Counted from the stretch's first letter, positions 27,773 through 36,237 are shown. The stretch is DNA of 63,493 nucleotides from Promethearchaeota archaeon (GCA_030667705.1 DAOUVJ010000001.1:1-63493), one strand, 5' to 3'. The notes: generated by a model not told the origin, from the letters alone. A program made the numbers and translations.

Positions 27773-28666
27773 ATGAGTTATGTTATAAAGTTAACTAAAA
27801 AAGAATTAGTGAATCCACCTCCCCAAGTTGTCAAACAATTACAATATGAAGTTATTATGGGATCTTTTGCTTATGGGGTTTCAAGTGATATGAGCGATAT
27901 TGATTTGTATGGATTTTGTATTCCACAAAAAGATGTAATATTTCCCCACTTAAGAAAAGAAATAATTGGATTTGATAAACCTCAAAAAAGATTTGATCAA
28001 TTTCAACAACACCATATTATAGATAAATCCTGTAATCCGGTTAGAGAATATGATTTAGATATTTATAACATTGTTAAATATTTTCGTCTATGTGCAGATA
28101 ATAATCCAAATATGATAGATTCATTATTTGTTCCCATAAGATGTGTGACATATATTACTCCTATTGGAGAACTTGTTAGAGAAAATCGAAAACTTTTTCT
28201 TCATTGTGGGGCTTGGCATAAATTTAAAGGTTATGCATATTCACAGTTACATAAATTAAAAATTAAAAAACCAGATCCTAAAGGTAAAAGATTCTGGATG
28301 TATGAGAAATATGGATATGATGTGAAATTTGCATATCATGTAATTCGTTTGCTTGATGAAGTTCATCAAATTTTAACTGAGGGGGATATTGATCTTGAAA
28401 GAAATCGTGAACAATTAAAATCTGTTAGAAGAGGAGAATGGAAATTAGAAGATATTGAAGAACATTTTCAAAGAAATGAAAAAAAATTACAAAAATCATA
28501 TGATGAATGCAAACTTCCATATCGACCTGAAGAAGAGAAAATTAAAAATCTTCTTTTAAATTGTTTAGAACAACATTTTGGGAGTTTATCAAATGTCGTT
28601 CCTAAAGAAAATAAAACTAATGATTTCATACATGAATTAGAAAACTTGATTTTTGAATATAAATAA
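27773..28666 (+). CDS. Pol-beta-superfamily nucleotidyltransferase (RlaP/PF10127-like, tentative)
   Basis: MGSFAYGVSSDMSDIDLYGF matches the GS...G...SD.D NTase signature. The ATG at 27773 has a GGAAGTG SD; the tracked alternative start at 27755 has none. Confidence 0.55.
   Translation: MSYVIKLTKKELVNPPPQVVKQLQYEVIMGSFAYGVSSDMSDIDLYGFCIPQKDVIFPHLRKEIIGFDKPQKRFDQFQQHHIIDKSCNPVREYDLDIYNIVKYFRLCADNNPNMIDSLFVPIRCVTYITPIGELVRENRKLFLHCGAWHKFKGYAYSQLHKLKIKKPDPKGKRFWMYEKYGYDVKFAYHVIRLLDEVHQILTEGDIDLERNREQLKSVRRGEWKLEDIEEHFQRNEKKLQKSYDECKLPYRPEEEKIKNLLLNCLEQHFGSLSNVVPKENKTNDFIHELENLIFEYK
28628..28666 (+). repeat. direct repeat, copy 1 (3' end of the NTase gene)
   Basis: atacatgaattagaaaacttgatttttgaatataaata recurs at 29492-29530 with 1 mismatch. 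Confidence 0.8.
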
Positions 28667-28678
28667 AGGAAATTAAAA

Positions 28679-28975
28679 ATGAAAGCTTATGGAATTCCAA
28701 GAAATCAAGATGTTGCGGATCCTGATCTTGGAGATATGGCATTTTATGGTCTTGCTGCTGGAAGACTACACCCTAAATGGACTGCCAATGGGGATAGCAA
28801 AAGACGTGTTAGAAGATACTGGAAGAAAAGAGAAAGAAGAAAAGTTAGGAGAAAGACAGCTAATACTGTTCGTAAAAATATGGACATGGGCTTGGAGATC
28901 GTAAACGGAGGTGTTTATGAGAAAATATATTTTAGTAGTATTATGTGTTATACAATTGTGCGTCGGGTGTGCTAA
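28679..28975 (+). CDS. hypothetical highly basic protein
   Basis: 98-aa ORF, visibly G+C-richer than the surroundings, with an Arg/Lys-rich centre (KRRVRRYWKKRERRKVRRK). Its 3' end overlaps the next gene. Confidence 0.4.
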   Translation: MKAYGIPRNQDVADPDLGDMAFYGLAAGRLHPKWTANGDSKRRVRRYWKKRERRKVRRKTANTVRKNMDMGLEIVNGGVYEKIYFSSIMCYTIVRRVC

Positions 28976-29369
28976 TTACCCCGATAAGATACCGGCTGCG
29001 TATATATCACCATTAGTATACAAAAATTACACATGTGAAGAGCTCAGTAGAGAGTACAATAGATTAATATTGCAATGTTCAGCATTAACTATAATACAAA
29101 AGAAAGCTGCTGATCACGATTCTGCAGCGGTATGTATTGGGATAATATTTTTTCCGGTAATCCCAATGTCTGCTGATCGCGGGCATGAACTGGCACAAAT
29201 TAAAGGACAACGTAAAACTATTGAATACATAGCAATTGAAAGAAATTGTATGAAGTTAACAGAAACAATTGAAAGGATAAAGAAAGAAGAAGAAGAAGCT
29301 CTAAGAAAGATAGAAAAGGAAAGGAAAGAATGGAGGAGGATCCAGATGAGCCACGGAGAAGGGCTATAG
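28917..29369 (+). CDS. lipoprotein (lipobox-like LCVGC)
   Basis: GGAGGTG SD 6 nt upstream of the ATG at 28917 (the tracked start at 28911 is GTG). N-terminus MRKYILVVLCVIQLCVGC; coiled-coil C-terminus. Confidence 0.55.
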   Translation: MRKYILVVLCVIQLCVGCANYPDKIPAAYISPLVYKNYTCEELSREYNRLILQCSALTIIQKKAADHDSAAVCIGIIFFPVIPMSADRGHELAQIKGQRKTIEYIAIERNCMKLTETIERIKKEEEEALRKIEKERKEWRRIQMSHGEGL

Positions 29370-29491
29370 GTGTATAAGGAAGAAATGGTTATAACCAAGT
29401 GATATAACAATACAATGTCTATTATTACTTATTATAAAAAATGTTTTTGTTTGGAAAATCAATCACAATTTCTTATAACTACTGATAATTT

Positions 29492-29530
29492 TATACATGA
29501 ATTAGAAAACTTGATTTTTAAATATAAATA
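29492..29530 (+). repeat. direct repeat, copy 2 (non-coding duplicate of the NTase gene 3' end)
   Basis: See 28628-28666. Together the two copies bracket an ~825-bp G+C-richer segment. Confidence 0.8.
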
Positions 29531-29548
29531 GAAAAGGAATAAATTATT

Positions 29549-29764
29549 ATGAAAATTGAAAAAATTCTATCCCAACACCGACGCGATTTTGAAGCCATTT
29601 ATATTTGTGAACATTGTAAATCTACAGAAAAAGATTCTGGTTATGATGATCAATTTTTCCATCAAGATGTGATTCCTAAAATGAAATGCAAGAAATGTGG
29701 CAAAATATCACCTGAAAATTATAGAGCATTAACAACTAAATATCCAGAAGGAATGACTGTTTAA
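29549..29764 (+). CDS. small Zn-ribbon protein
   Basis: 71 aa with CEHC...CKKC pairs. Confidence 0.45.
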   Translation: MKIEKILSQHRRDFEAIYICEHCKSTEKDSGYDDQFFHQDVIPKMKCKKCGKISPENYRALTTKYPEGMTV

Positions 29765-29797
29765 CTAATTTTTATTTATAAAAAAGAGGATTTAAAA

Positions 29798-30166
29798 ATG
29801 AAGATTAAAAAAGACTTTGTAACCAATTCAAGTTCTACTAGTTTTTTAATTTCAAATAAAACAAAAAACAAGAAAAAACTTAAAATTAAAATAGAGATGG
29901 AATATGATTTAAATAATTTAGTTGAGAAGGAAATAACTTCTTTGGCTGAATTTTATAATTCTGATCTCTATAAAGATAAATGTTGGTTATTAACAGATAA
30001 GCAAAAAAATAAATGTATCAAAATTTTAAAAAATGAAGGAACAATATTTCATATAGAAGCAGCAGACCATTATAATGAAGATCCAATTGAAAATATGATT
30101 TATGATGATGGTCTGGAGAAATTTATAGAAAATAATCCAGATCTTGAAATCATTGTTGGAGATTAA
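29798..30166 (+). CDS. MKIKxDFVTNSSS-family protein, tandem copy 1
   Basis: 122 aa with N-terminus MKIKKDFVTNSSSTSF. Confidence 0.65.
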   Translation: MKIKKDFVTNSSSTSFLISNKTKNKKKLKIKIEMEYDLNNLVEKEITSLAEFYNSDLYKDKCWLLTDKQKNKCIKILKNEGTIFHIEAADHYNEDPIENMIYDDGLEKFIENNPDLEIIVGD

Positions 30167-30201
30167 ATAGGCTACTAATAACTAAAAAAGAGGATTTAAA
30201 A

Positions 30202-30570
30202 ATGAAGATTAAAAAAGATTTCATAACAAACTCAAGTTCTACAAATTTTATACTTGCAAATAAAACAAAAAACAAGGAAAATCCTAGAATTAAAATAGAG
30301 TTGGAATATGATTTAACTAATTTATCTGAGGATAAAATAGCTTCTTTGGATGAATTCTATAATTCTGATCTTTATAAAGATGAACATTGGTTAATGTTAA
30401 CAGATGTACAAAAAAATAAATGCATCGAAATTTTAAAAAATGAAGGAACAATATTTAATATAGAGGTATCAAATGAAAATGATGATTTAATTGAAAATGA
30501 ATTGCATGTGAATGGGCTGGCGAAATTCATAAAAAATAATCCAGATCTTGAAATCATTGCTGAAGATTAA
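30202..30570 (+). CDS. MKIKxDFVTNSSS-family protein, tandem copy 2
   Basis: 122 aa with N-terminus MKIKKDFITNSSSTNF. Confidence 0.65.
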   Translation: MKIKKDFITNSSSTNFILANKTKNKENPRIKIELEYDLTNLSEDKIASLDEFYNSDLYKDEHWLMLTDVQKNKCIEILKNEGTIFNIEVSNENDDLIENELHVNGLAKFIKNNPDLEIIAED

Positions 30571-30605
30571 ATAGGCTGCTAATAAATAAAAATGAGGATT
30601 TAAAA

Positions 30606-30971
30606 ATGAAGATTAAAAAAGATTTTGTGACCAATTCAAGTTCTACAAGTTTTATACTTGCAAATAAAACAAAACGCGAGAAAAATCTTAAAATTAAAAT
30701 AGAAATGGAATATGATTTAAATAATTTAGTCGAGATGGAAATAACTTCTTTAGCTGAATTTTATAATTCTGATCTTTATAGAGATAATTATACATCAAGT
30801 GCACAAAGAAATAAATGTATAGAAATTTTAAAAAATGGAGGGATAATATATTATATACGGGCAACAACCTATAGTGACGATAATGATCCAATTGAAAATA
30901 TGATTTATGGGAATGGTCTGGAGAAATTTATAGAAAATAATCCAGTTCTTGAAATCATTGGTGAATGTTAA
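30606..30971 (+). CDS. MKIKxDFVTNSSS-family protein, tandem copy 3
   Basis: 121 aa with N-terminus MKIKKDFVTNSSSTSF. Confidence 0.65.
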   Translation: MKIKKDFVTNSSSTSFILANKTKREKNLKIKIEMEYDLNNLVEMEITSLAEFYNSDLYRDNYTSSAQRNKCIEILKNGGIIYYIRATTYSDDNDPIENMIYGNGLEKFIENNPVLEIIGEC

Positions 30972-31016
30972 AAATAGACTATTAATGAAGAAAACGAAAA
31001 AAGGAATTATTTAAAA

Positions 31017-31085
31017 ATGGAATCTAGAATGATAAAAGATGAAAAAGAACCAAAGATAAATATCTTCTGTTCCCATGGTTTATAA
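31017..31085 (+). pseudogene. duplicated 5' stub of the radical SAM gene
   Basis: MESRMIKDEKEPKINIF... compared with the radical SAM N-terminus MEARIIKDEKTNNIIF... At the DNA level, atggaa.ctagaat.ataaaagatgaaaaa is shared with 32026-32055. Confidence 0.55.
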
Positions 31086-31163
31086 AAGAATAAAAGAGGA
31101 TTTTTAAAGAGATAGATCTGAATTAAGAAAATATAACTTTTAACTAATTTAGAAAGGGGAATT

Positions 31164-31262
31164 ATGAAAACATGTGAAAGATGTGGAAAAGAATTTGAAG
31201 GGGTAACTAATGGAAGGTATTGTAAAGAATGCAAGATGGAGTTTATGAATTTGGATTTTTAA
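31164..31262 (+). CDS. possible 32-aa Zn-ribbon micro-protein
   Basis: MKTCERCGKEFEGVTNGRYCKECKMEFMNLDF, with AAGGGGA upstream. Confidence 0.3.
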   Translation: MKTCERCGKEFEGVTNGRYCKECKMEFMNLDF

Positions 31263-31388
31263 AAGAATAAAGGAAATAACGATTATGAATAAAAGGAACC
31301 AAATATGAAATTGGAGATAGTATTAACATAGAAGCAGTCAGATGTAACAAATCATTTACTATAACTGTAGAATTATAAAAGGAGAAAA

Positions 31389-31940
31389 ATGAAAACATTT
31401 ATAACAACATTAGTAATAACATTTTTTGGAGCATTAACCATGGTCAATGCCGCTGATTTCAGAAAAAGTGATTGGGGTATGACACAAGAACAAGTTAAAA
31501 ATACAGAAACATTAGAGATAAGTTCATCGACTAACAAAGGTTTGTGGTACGAATCCAAATTACTCGATAAAAAAGTAATGGTTTGCTATAAATTTATAGA
31601 TAATAAATTGGTCAGTGGAGCCTACCTCCTGGAGGAAGAAAATACAAATAATAACCTGTTCATAGATGACTATAATAATTTCAAAGAGGCATTAACCAAG
31701 AAATATGGAGAGCCTGAAAAAGATATAACACATTGGGACAGGAATTTATTTAAAGACATGCCTTCACATTGGGGAACGGCTATAGCTCTTGGCCAGCTGA
31801 GATATATAGCATATTGGAAGACACAAGATACAGAAATAATGGTAATGTTACACGGAGACGCTTTTGAAATAGATTGTAGCATTCTTTATTCCAGTATACA
31901 CCCGCAAAAGATGACAGAAGCAGAACTTGATGCTCTGTGA
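31389..31940 (+). CDS. secreted protein (signal peptide)
   Basis: MKTFITTLVITFFGALTMVNA-AD; AAGGAG SD. Visibly G+C-richer than the neighbouring genes. Confidence 0.55.
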   Translation: MKTFITTLVITFFGALTMVNAADFRKSDWGMTQEQVKNTETLEISSSTNKGLWYESKLLDKKVMVCYKFIDNKLVSGAYLLEEENTNNNLFIDDYNNFKEALTKKYGEPEKDITHWDRNLFKDMPSHWGTAIALGQLRYIAYWKTQDTEIMVMLHGDAFEIDCSILYSSIHPQKMTEAELDAL

Positions 31941-32025
31941 ACCTAAATAATTTAGTGATTTACTGGGAAAGTCGCAACTTTATAAACAATATGTAAGGCT
32001 GAAAAACATCAAAGAAAGGAATCAA

Positions 32026-33063
32026 ATGGAAGCTAGAATAATAAAAGATGAAAAAACAAATAATATAATTTTTGGGTATTTTGATAAAATATTTAAAAAT
32101 GATAATTACGAATTATTATTTAATACAAAAACTGGAGTGGAAGTTCTGCAGGAAATTATTGGAAACGATGATCCATTTATGACAGAACTTCCAACTATGT
32201 TAGATTGTGGAATTATGGGACACTGTAAAAACAATTGTGAATTTTGTTATCAGGGAGATAAATATCAAGAAAATATGAAATTAGAAGATTTTAAACAAAT
32301 TATTGATGAGTTAAAATATCATACAAATCAAGTAGCATTGGGAGGAAGGGGGAATCCAGAAGACCATGAAAATTTTGAAGAAATATTGAAATATTCAAGA
32401 GAGAGTGGGGTGGTTCCTAATTATACTTCAGCTGGAAATAATATCACTCCAGAAATAGTAAAAATTTCAAAAAAATATTGTGGAGCCGTTGCAATTTCAT
32501 TTTATGATAAACCCTTCACATATAAAGCTTTAGATATGTTTATTAATGGAGGAGTTAAAACTAATATTCATTTAATATATTCTTCAATGAGTCATGATTT
32601 AGCAATGAGAATTTTGAATGGTGAAGATGTTTGGAATAATAAAATTAATTTAGAAAAATTAAATGCTATAGTATTTCTTCTTTTTAAACCAAAAGGGAAA
32701 GGTGCTAATCTTCCAGAATGGTTTCCTTCAAAAAATCAAATAAAAGAATTTGGTGAATTAATAGGAAATGCAAAGACTAAATTTAAAATTGGAGCAGATT
32801 CATGTCTTATAAATCATGTTTTAAAATTTGCAAATTTTAGTGAGCAACAAAGAATGTCAGTCGACACTTGTGAATCTGGAAGAATGTCAGTATATATAAC
32901 TCCAGATATGAAACTTGTTCCATGTTCATTTGCTGATCATGATAAATATGGCCGGGATATTAAAAATCATAAAATCAAAGAAGTTTGGCATAATTCAGAA
33001 CCTTTTCAAAAATTTAGAGAAATATTAAAAAAGAATGCAGATTGCTGCCCTGCATTATATTAA
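32026..33063 (+). CDS. radical SAM enzyme with C-terminal SPASM/twitch-like Cys cluster
   Basis: 345 aa. CX3CX2C at GHCKNNCEFCYQG. C-terminal CESGRMSVYITPDMKLVPC...DCCP cysteines. Confidence 0.7.
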   Translation: MEARIIKDEKTNNIIFGYFDKIFKNDNYELLFNTKTGVEVLQEIIGNDDPFMTELPTMLDCGIMGHCKNNCEFCYQGDKYQENMKLEDFKQIIDELKYHTNQVALGGRGNPEDHENFEEILKYSRESGVVPNYTSAGNNITPEIVKISKKYCGAVAISFYDKPFTYKALDMFINGGVKTNIHLIYSSMSHDLAMRILNGEDVWNNKINLEKLNAIVFLLFKPKGKGANLPEWFPSKNQIKEFGELIGNAKTKFKIGADSCLINHVLKFANFSEQQRMSVDTCESGRMSVYITPDMKLVPCSFADHDKYGRDIKNHKIKEVWHNSEPFQKFREILKKNADCCPALY

Positions 33064-33095
33064 AAGATTAATCCTATAAAAAAGGATATTAGAAA

Positions 33096-33677
33096 ATGAA
33101 AATTAAAACAGATTTTGTGACAAATAGCTCAAGCACAAATTATATAATAAGTGAAGAATATTCATCCGGAGATCCATACAGTCCAGTAGATCAAAACTTT
33201 ACATATTTAAATTTCAAAAATATAACCAACAATTTCATAAATACAGTAGAATCTATTTTACCTACTAGGAACTTTTCAGAATTGAATATACATTCAATAA
33301 AAGAAGATGACGTTATAATTTGTTTATTTGGTAGTGTGGAAAAATTAGAATTTGAATCTGCAGTATTTTCTAATTATAATTTCATATTTAAATTAGACAG
33401 GTTTTTAAGTTTTTATTCTACATATACTACATTCCAAAATATAATCGATGTAGAATTTGCCATGAATAGATTAGTTTCTAAATTTTTTAAAAAAGTGTTT
33501 TCGGTTGAAAATATTTCTTTATTGATGCATTCAAGAAAAGTTACTGATTTTTCTGGAGATGGGTGGAATAGTGGAGATCCATGTTTTGGTCATTATGGGG
33601 AAACATCAATATGTCAAGAAGCCGTAAATATACTAGAAAAATCATCATTACATAAAGGAGAATTTATTAGAAAATGA
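33096..33677 (+). CDS. MKIKxDFVTNSSS-family protein, divergent member 4
   Basis: 193 aa with N-terminus MKIKTDFVTNSSSTNY. The rest is unrelated by eye to members 1-3. Confidence 0.6.
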   Translation: MKIKTDFVTNSSSTNYIISEEYSSGDPYSPVDQNFTYLNFKNITNNFINTVESILPTRNFSELNIHSIKEDDVIICLFGSVEKLEFESAVFSNYNFIFKLDRFLSFYSTYTTFQNIIDVEFAMNRLVSKFFKKVFSVENISLLMHSRKVTDFSGDGWNSGDPCFGHYGETSICQEAVNILEKSSLHKGEFIRK

Positions 33678-34195
33678 AAATTAAAACAGATTTTGTAACA
33701 AATAGTTCAAGCACAAATTATATGTTTATTTTTAAAGGAAATACAAAAGAAGAATTGTATACAATATTAAAAAAATATTCTGACTCTTTTAATCTTGAAC
33801 ATGAAGATTATGATAAAACAAAATCTAATATTACAGTGAAGGATATCATAGATTCAATTGAAGAATGTATTGACCAGATCCTACCAGATTATGTAGTAAG
33901 TGTAAAAATTAAGCCAATTGATATTCTAATTGAAAAAATTAGAAAAATTAAAAAATCATATGAGAACCATGATGATAATGATTGGTATGACGAAATTATT
34001 ATGCGATATTTAAAATTATATGATTCAACTAAAACTGCAAAGAAAATTGGTTTAAATTCTTATTTGGAAATTGAATTTGGAGATAATGATGGACATATAT
34101 GTGGCGGAAGAATTGGAGATACAATGGACTATGAGGGGAGGCATATTCGCTTAAGTAATGATGAAATTATGCTATTAACAGATGGGATGAGATAA
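33674..34195 (+). CDS. MKIKxDFVTNSSS-family protein, divergent member 5
   Basis: 173 aa with N-terminus MKIKTDFVTNSSSTNY. It overlaps the previous gene by ATGA. Confidence 0.6.
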   Translation: MKIKTDFVTNSSSTNYMFIFKGNTKEELYTILKKYSDSFNLEHEDYDKTKSNITVKDIIDSIEECIDQILPDYVVSVKIKPIDILIEKIRKIKKSYENHDDNDWYDEIIMRYLKLYDSTKTAKKIGLNSYLEIEFGDNDGHICGGRIGDTMDYEGRHIRLSNDEIMLLTDGMR

Positions 34196-34225
34196 CAATT
34201 TTTGAAAAGGAGAATTTATAATATA

Positions 34226-34624
34226 ATGAAAATTAAAATGGATTTTGTGACAAATAGTTCTTCATGTTCTTTTGTATTCTTAGGTTTTGAAATGAAAAAG
34301 AGTGATATGTCATTTCGTGATCTAATTAAAAAAATATTTCCATTAAAAAATTTCAAAGAATATAAAGAAAATGAATATGAAGAACTATTTTATGAGTTAG
34401 TTTATGATCAAAAGGATTTTGATATTTTATATGATCAAGAAGATGGAAGCATATCAGATGATATTTGTTTAATTGGATATGAGCTTCTGACTATCTCTGA
34501 TGAGGATTGGAGTTATAATGAAGTTCCAATTTTAGATTATATTGAAAAAGTTAAAATACTTCGAACAAAATTTGAAGGAAATCAGAGTCTTATTAAAATT
34601 TATGGATCAATGAGAATGTGTTAA
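34226..34624 (+). CDS. MKIKxDFVTNSSS-family protein, divergent member 6
   Basis: The ATG at 34226 is preceded by AAAGGAG (the tracked 34202 start is TTG). N-terminus MKIKMDFVTNSSSCSF. Confidence 0.6.
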   Translation: MKIKMDFVTNSSSCSFVFLGFEMKKSDMSFRDLIKKIFPLKNFKEYKENEYEELFYELVYDQKDFDILYDQEDGSISDDICLIGYELLTISDEDWSYNEVPILDYIEKVKILRTKFEGNQSLIKIYGSMRMC

Positions 34625-34648
34625 CAATTTTTAAAAGGGAAAAAGAAT

Positions 34649-34879
34649 ATGAAAAAGCTGGACGAATTAATTGTAGTAATAATAGGAATTCTTGTTGGAG
34701 TTTTAATCTTAACAATTGGAGCATATTACGTTCATAAAGATTTTCAAATATCACAATCTATAAAAAATGGGAAGAATCCTGTCTCGATAGGCATAGCATT
34801 TGATAATTCTTATGCTAACCATGAAAAAATGATTTATCTCTTAAAAGAAAAATTCGAAGAGTCAAATAATTCTAAATAG
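34649..34879 (+). CDS. small single-pass membrane protein
   Basis: 76 aa with TM segment LIVVIIGILVGVLILTIGAYYV. Confidence 0.5.
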   Translation: MKKLDELIVVIIGILVGVLILTIGAYYVHKDFQISQSIKNGKNPVSIGIAFDNSYANHEKMIYLLKEKFEESNNSK

Positions 34880-34893
34880 AGATGAGATTATAT

Positions 34894-34945
34894 ATTTAGA
34901 CATCCTTTATAAAATACGAACTATTAAAATGAAGGATGTCTAAAT
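34894..34945 (+). terminator. long hairpin ending the radical-SAM cluster
   Basis: 14-bp perfect stem atttagacatcctt / aaggatgtctaaat with a 24-nt loop. Confidence 0.45.
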
Positions 34946-34998
34946 ATTATGAAAAGGAGATAAAAATATAATTCATGTGTTAGATTTTGGAGGATTTT

Positions 34999-35199
34999 AT
35001 GGGAGCAGAATCGGCAAGATTATATAACTATAACCAGGCAAAACAGGTTGTTGACAGTTTAGGAAGGATTATTAGCAGAATTAATAAAAAACATACTCCA
35101 ACCTGGATGAGAAAAGAACTGGAGTATGCTTATCATAAAACACAATGTATACAACAAGAACATGAAAGGATAATGCTTAGTTTTGGTGAAAAAATATAA
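34999..35199 (+). CDS. hypothetical protein
   Basis: A GGAGG SD precedes the ATG at 34999 (the tracked start at 34987 is TTG). Confidence 0.45.
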   Translation: MGAESARLYNYNQAKQVVDSLGRIISRINKKHTPTWMRKELEYAYHKTQCIQQEHERIMLSFGEKI

Positions 35200-35221
35200 C
35201 CAGTATATTTCAGGAGATAAA

Positions 35222-35434
35222 ATGCAAATCGAAATCTCAGATCAACATATTAAAAATTTGGCAAAGGTTAATAATCTGAAAATAAATGATATGAATAAGT
35301 TGCAAAAATATTTCAAATTTAAAGCAGGTGATGAAGCACAAGAAAATGGAGCAACTTATTTATGTATTTTTATAGAGCAATTGTTACGCTTGGCTTATGA
35401 AGATGATGCAGGAGTTGAACTAATAGAAATATAA
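35222..35434 (+). CDS. hypothetical protein
   Basis: CAGGAG SD before the ATG at 35222. N-terminus MQIEISDQHIKNL... Confidence 0.45.
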   Translation: MQIEISDQHIKNLAKVNNLKINDMNKLQKYFKFKAGDEAQENGATYLCIFIEQLLRLAYEDDAGVELIEI

Positions 35435-35506
35435 AAGCCGTGATAGATGAACTAAATAAGCATAGTCATTATTCGTTATAATGTTTGAGATTTGAAGGAG
35501 AAAAAG

Positions 35507-35968
35507 ATGGCAATAGAAAAGATATATATTGATAAAACACTTTCTGTTAAACAAATCGAACAAAAATATAGTATCCATCTCCGTACATCTTATAGAGTCA
35601 AAAAAAGAGGTTACATAATAAAAAAAACAAAAACGATTAACATTTCAAGAAAAGATTTTGACTATAATAAAGCAAAAAAAGCATCTGCATATACTTATTT
35701 TTATAAAATTAAACAGATTGTCCCGTGCCATTTTTTGTCATTAAACAATTTTTACGATGATTTACAACAAGAGGGGATTATTAGATGTTTTGAATTATCT
35801 GGAGAAACCAGAAAGGATAAAAACAATAATAAGTTTGGTTACTATTGCAAGATTGCTGAATATGCCATGTATAGTTTTTTAAAAAAAGTTCATATGCTCG
35901 GAAGTTATAATAACAAAACCGTAAGTTTTGAAGAAAATATCTCAGGACATGGAATTTACGAAATCTAA
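35507..35968 (+). CDS. putative DNA-binding / sigma-like transcription factor (tentative)
   Basis: GAAGGAG SD before the ATG at 35507. Has an N-terminal HTH-like segment (LSVKQIEQKYSIHLRTSYRVKKRG). The segment DDLQQEGIIRCFEL...FGYYCKIAEYAMYSFLKK is reminiscent of sigma-70 region 2. Confidence 0.3.
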   Translation: MAIEKIYIDKTLSVKQIEQKYSIHLRTSYRVKKRGYIIKKTKTINISRKDFDYNKAKKASAYTYFYKIKQIVPCHFLSLNNFYDDLQQEGIIRCFELSGETRKDKNNNKFGYYCKIAEYAMYSFLKKVHMLGSYNNKTVSFEENISGHGIYEI

Positions 35969-36036
35969 CCGTTTAGGCCAATTAATAATTATATAAAAGA
36001 GAAAAATAATTAATAAAAACTAGTGGGGAAATCTAA

Positions 36037-36237
36037 ATGAACAAATGTCCAGTATGTGGTAAAATGTGGGAACCATGTTATTTGTGCAGGCAAGGTGAAA
36101 GACATCAGAAATGTGTTTATGATTCAATGTGCCATGATTGTATAATGGAAGAAAAATATGGTTCCCAAGAATCAGATAATACAACAATAGTACCGAATAG
36201 TGTTTTAAAAGTGATTTTGAAAAATAATTCAGATTGA
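36037..36237 (+). CDS. Cys-rich small protein
   Basis: 66 aa with CPVC...CYLC...C...CHDC. Confidence 0.45.
   Translation: MNKCPVCGKMWEPCYLCRQGERHQKCVYDSMCHDCIMEEKYGSQESDNTTIVPNSVLKVILKNNSD

Larger units (their letters stand above)
29779..30971 (+). repeat. three-unit tandem gene array, period 404 bp
   Basis: Start codons at 29798, 30202 and 30606 are exactly 404 bp apart. The RBS (aaagaggatttaaaaatg) and spacers are conserved. Confidence 0.85.

Noticed and set aside
28689-28904. 71-aa alternative-frame ORF within 28679-28975.
   Set aside because: It is nested in the longer frame that starts right after an AAGGAAA RBS-like stretch, and it has no SD of its own.
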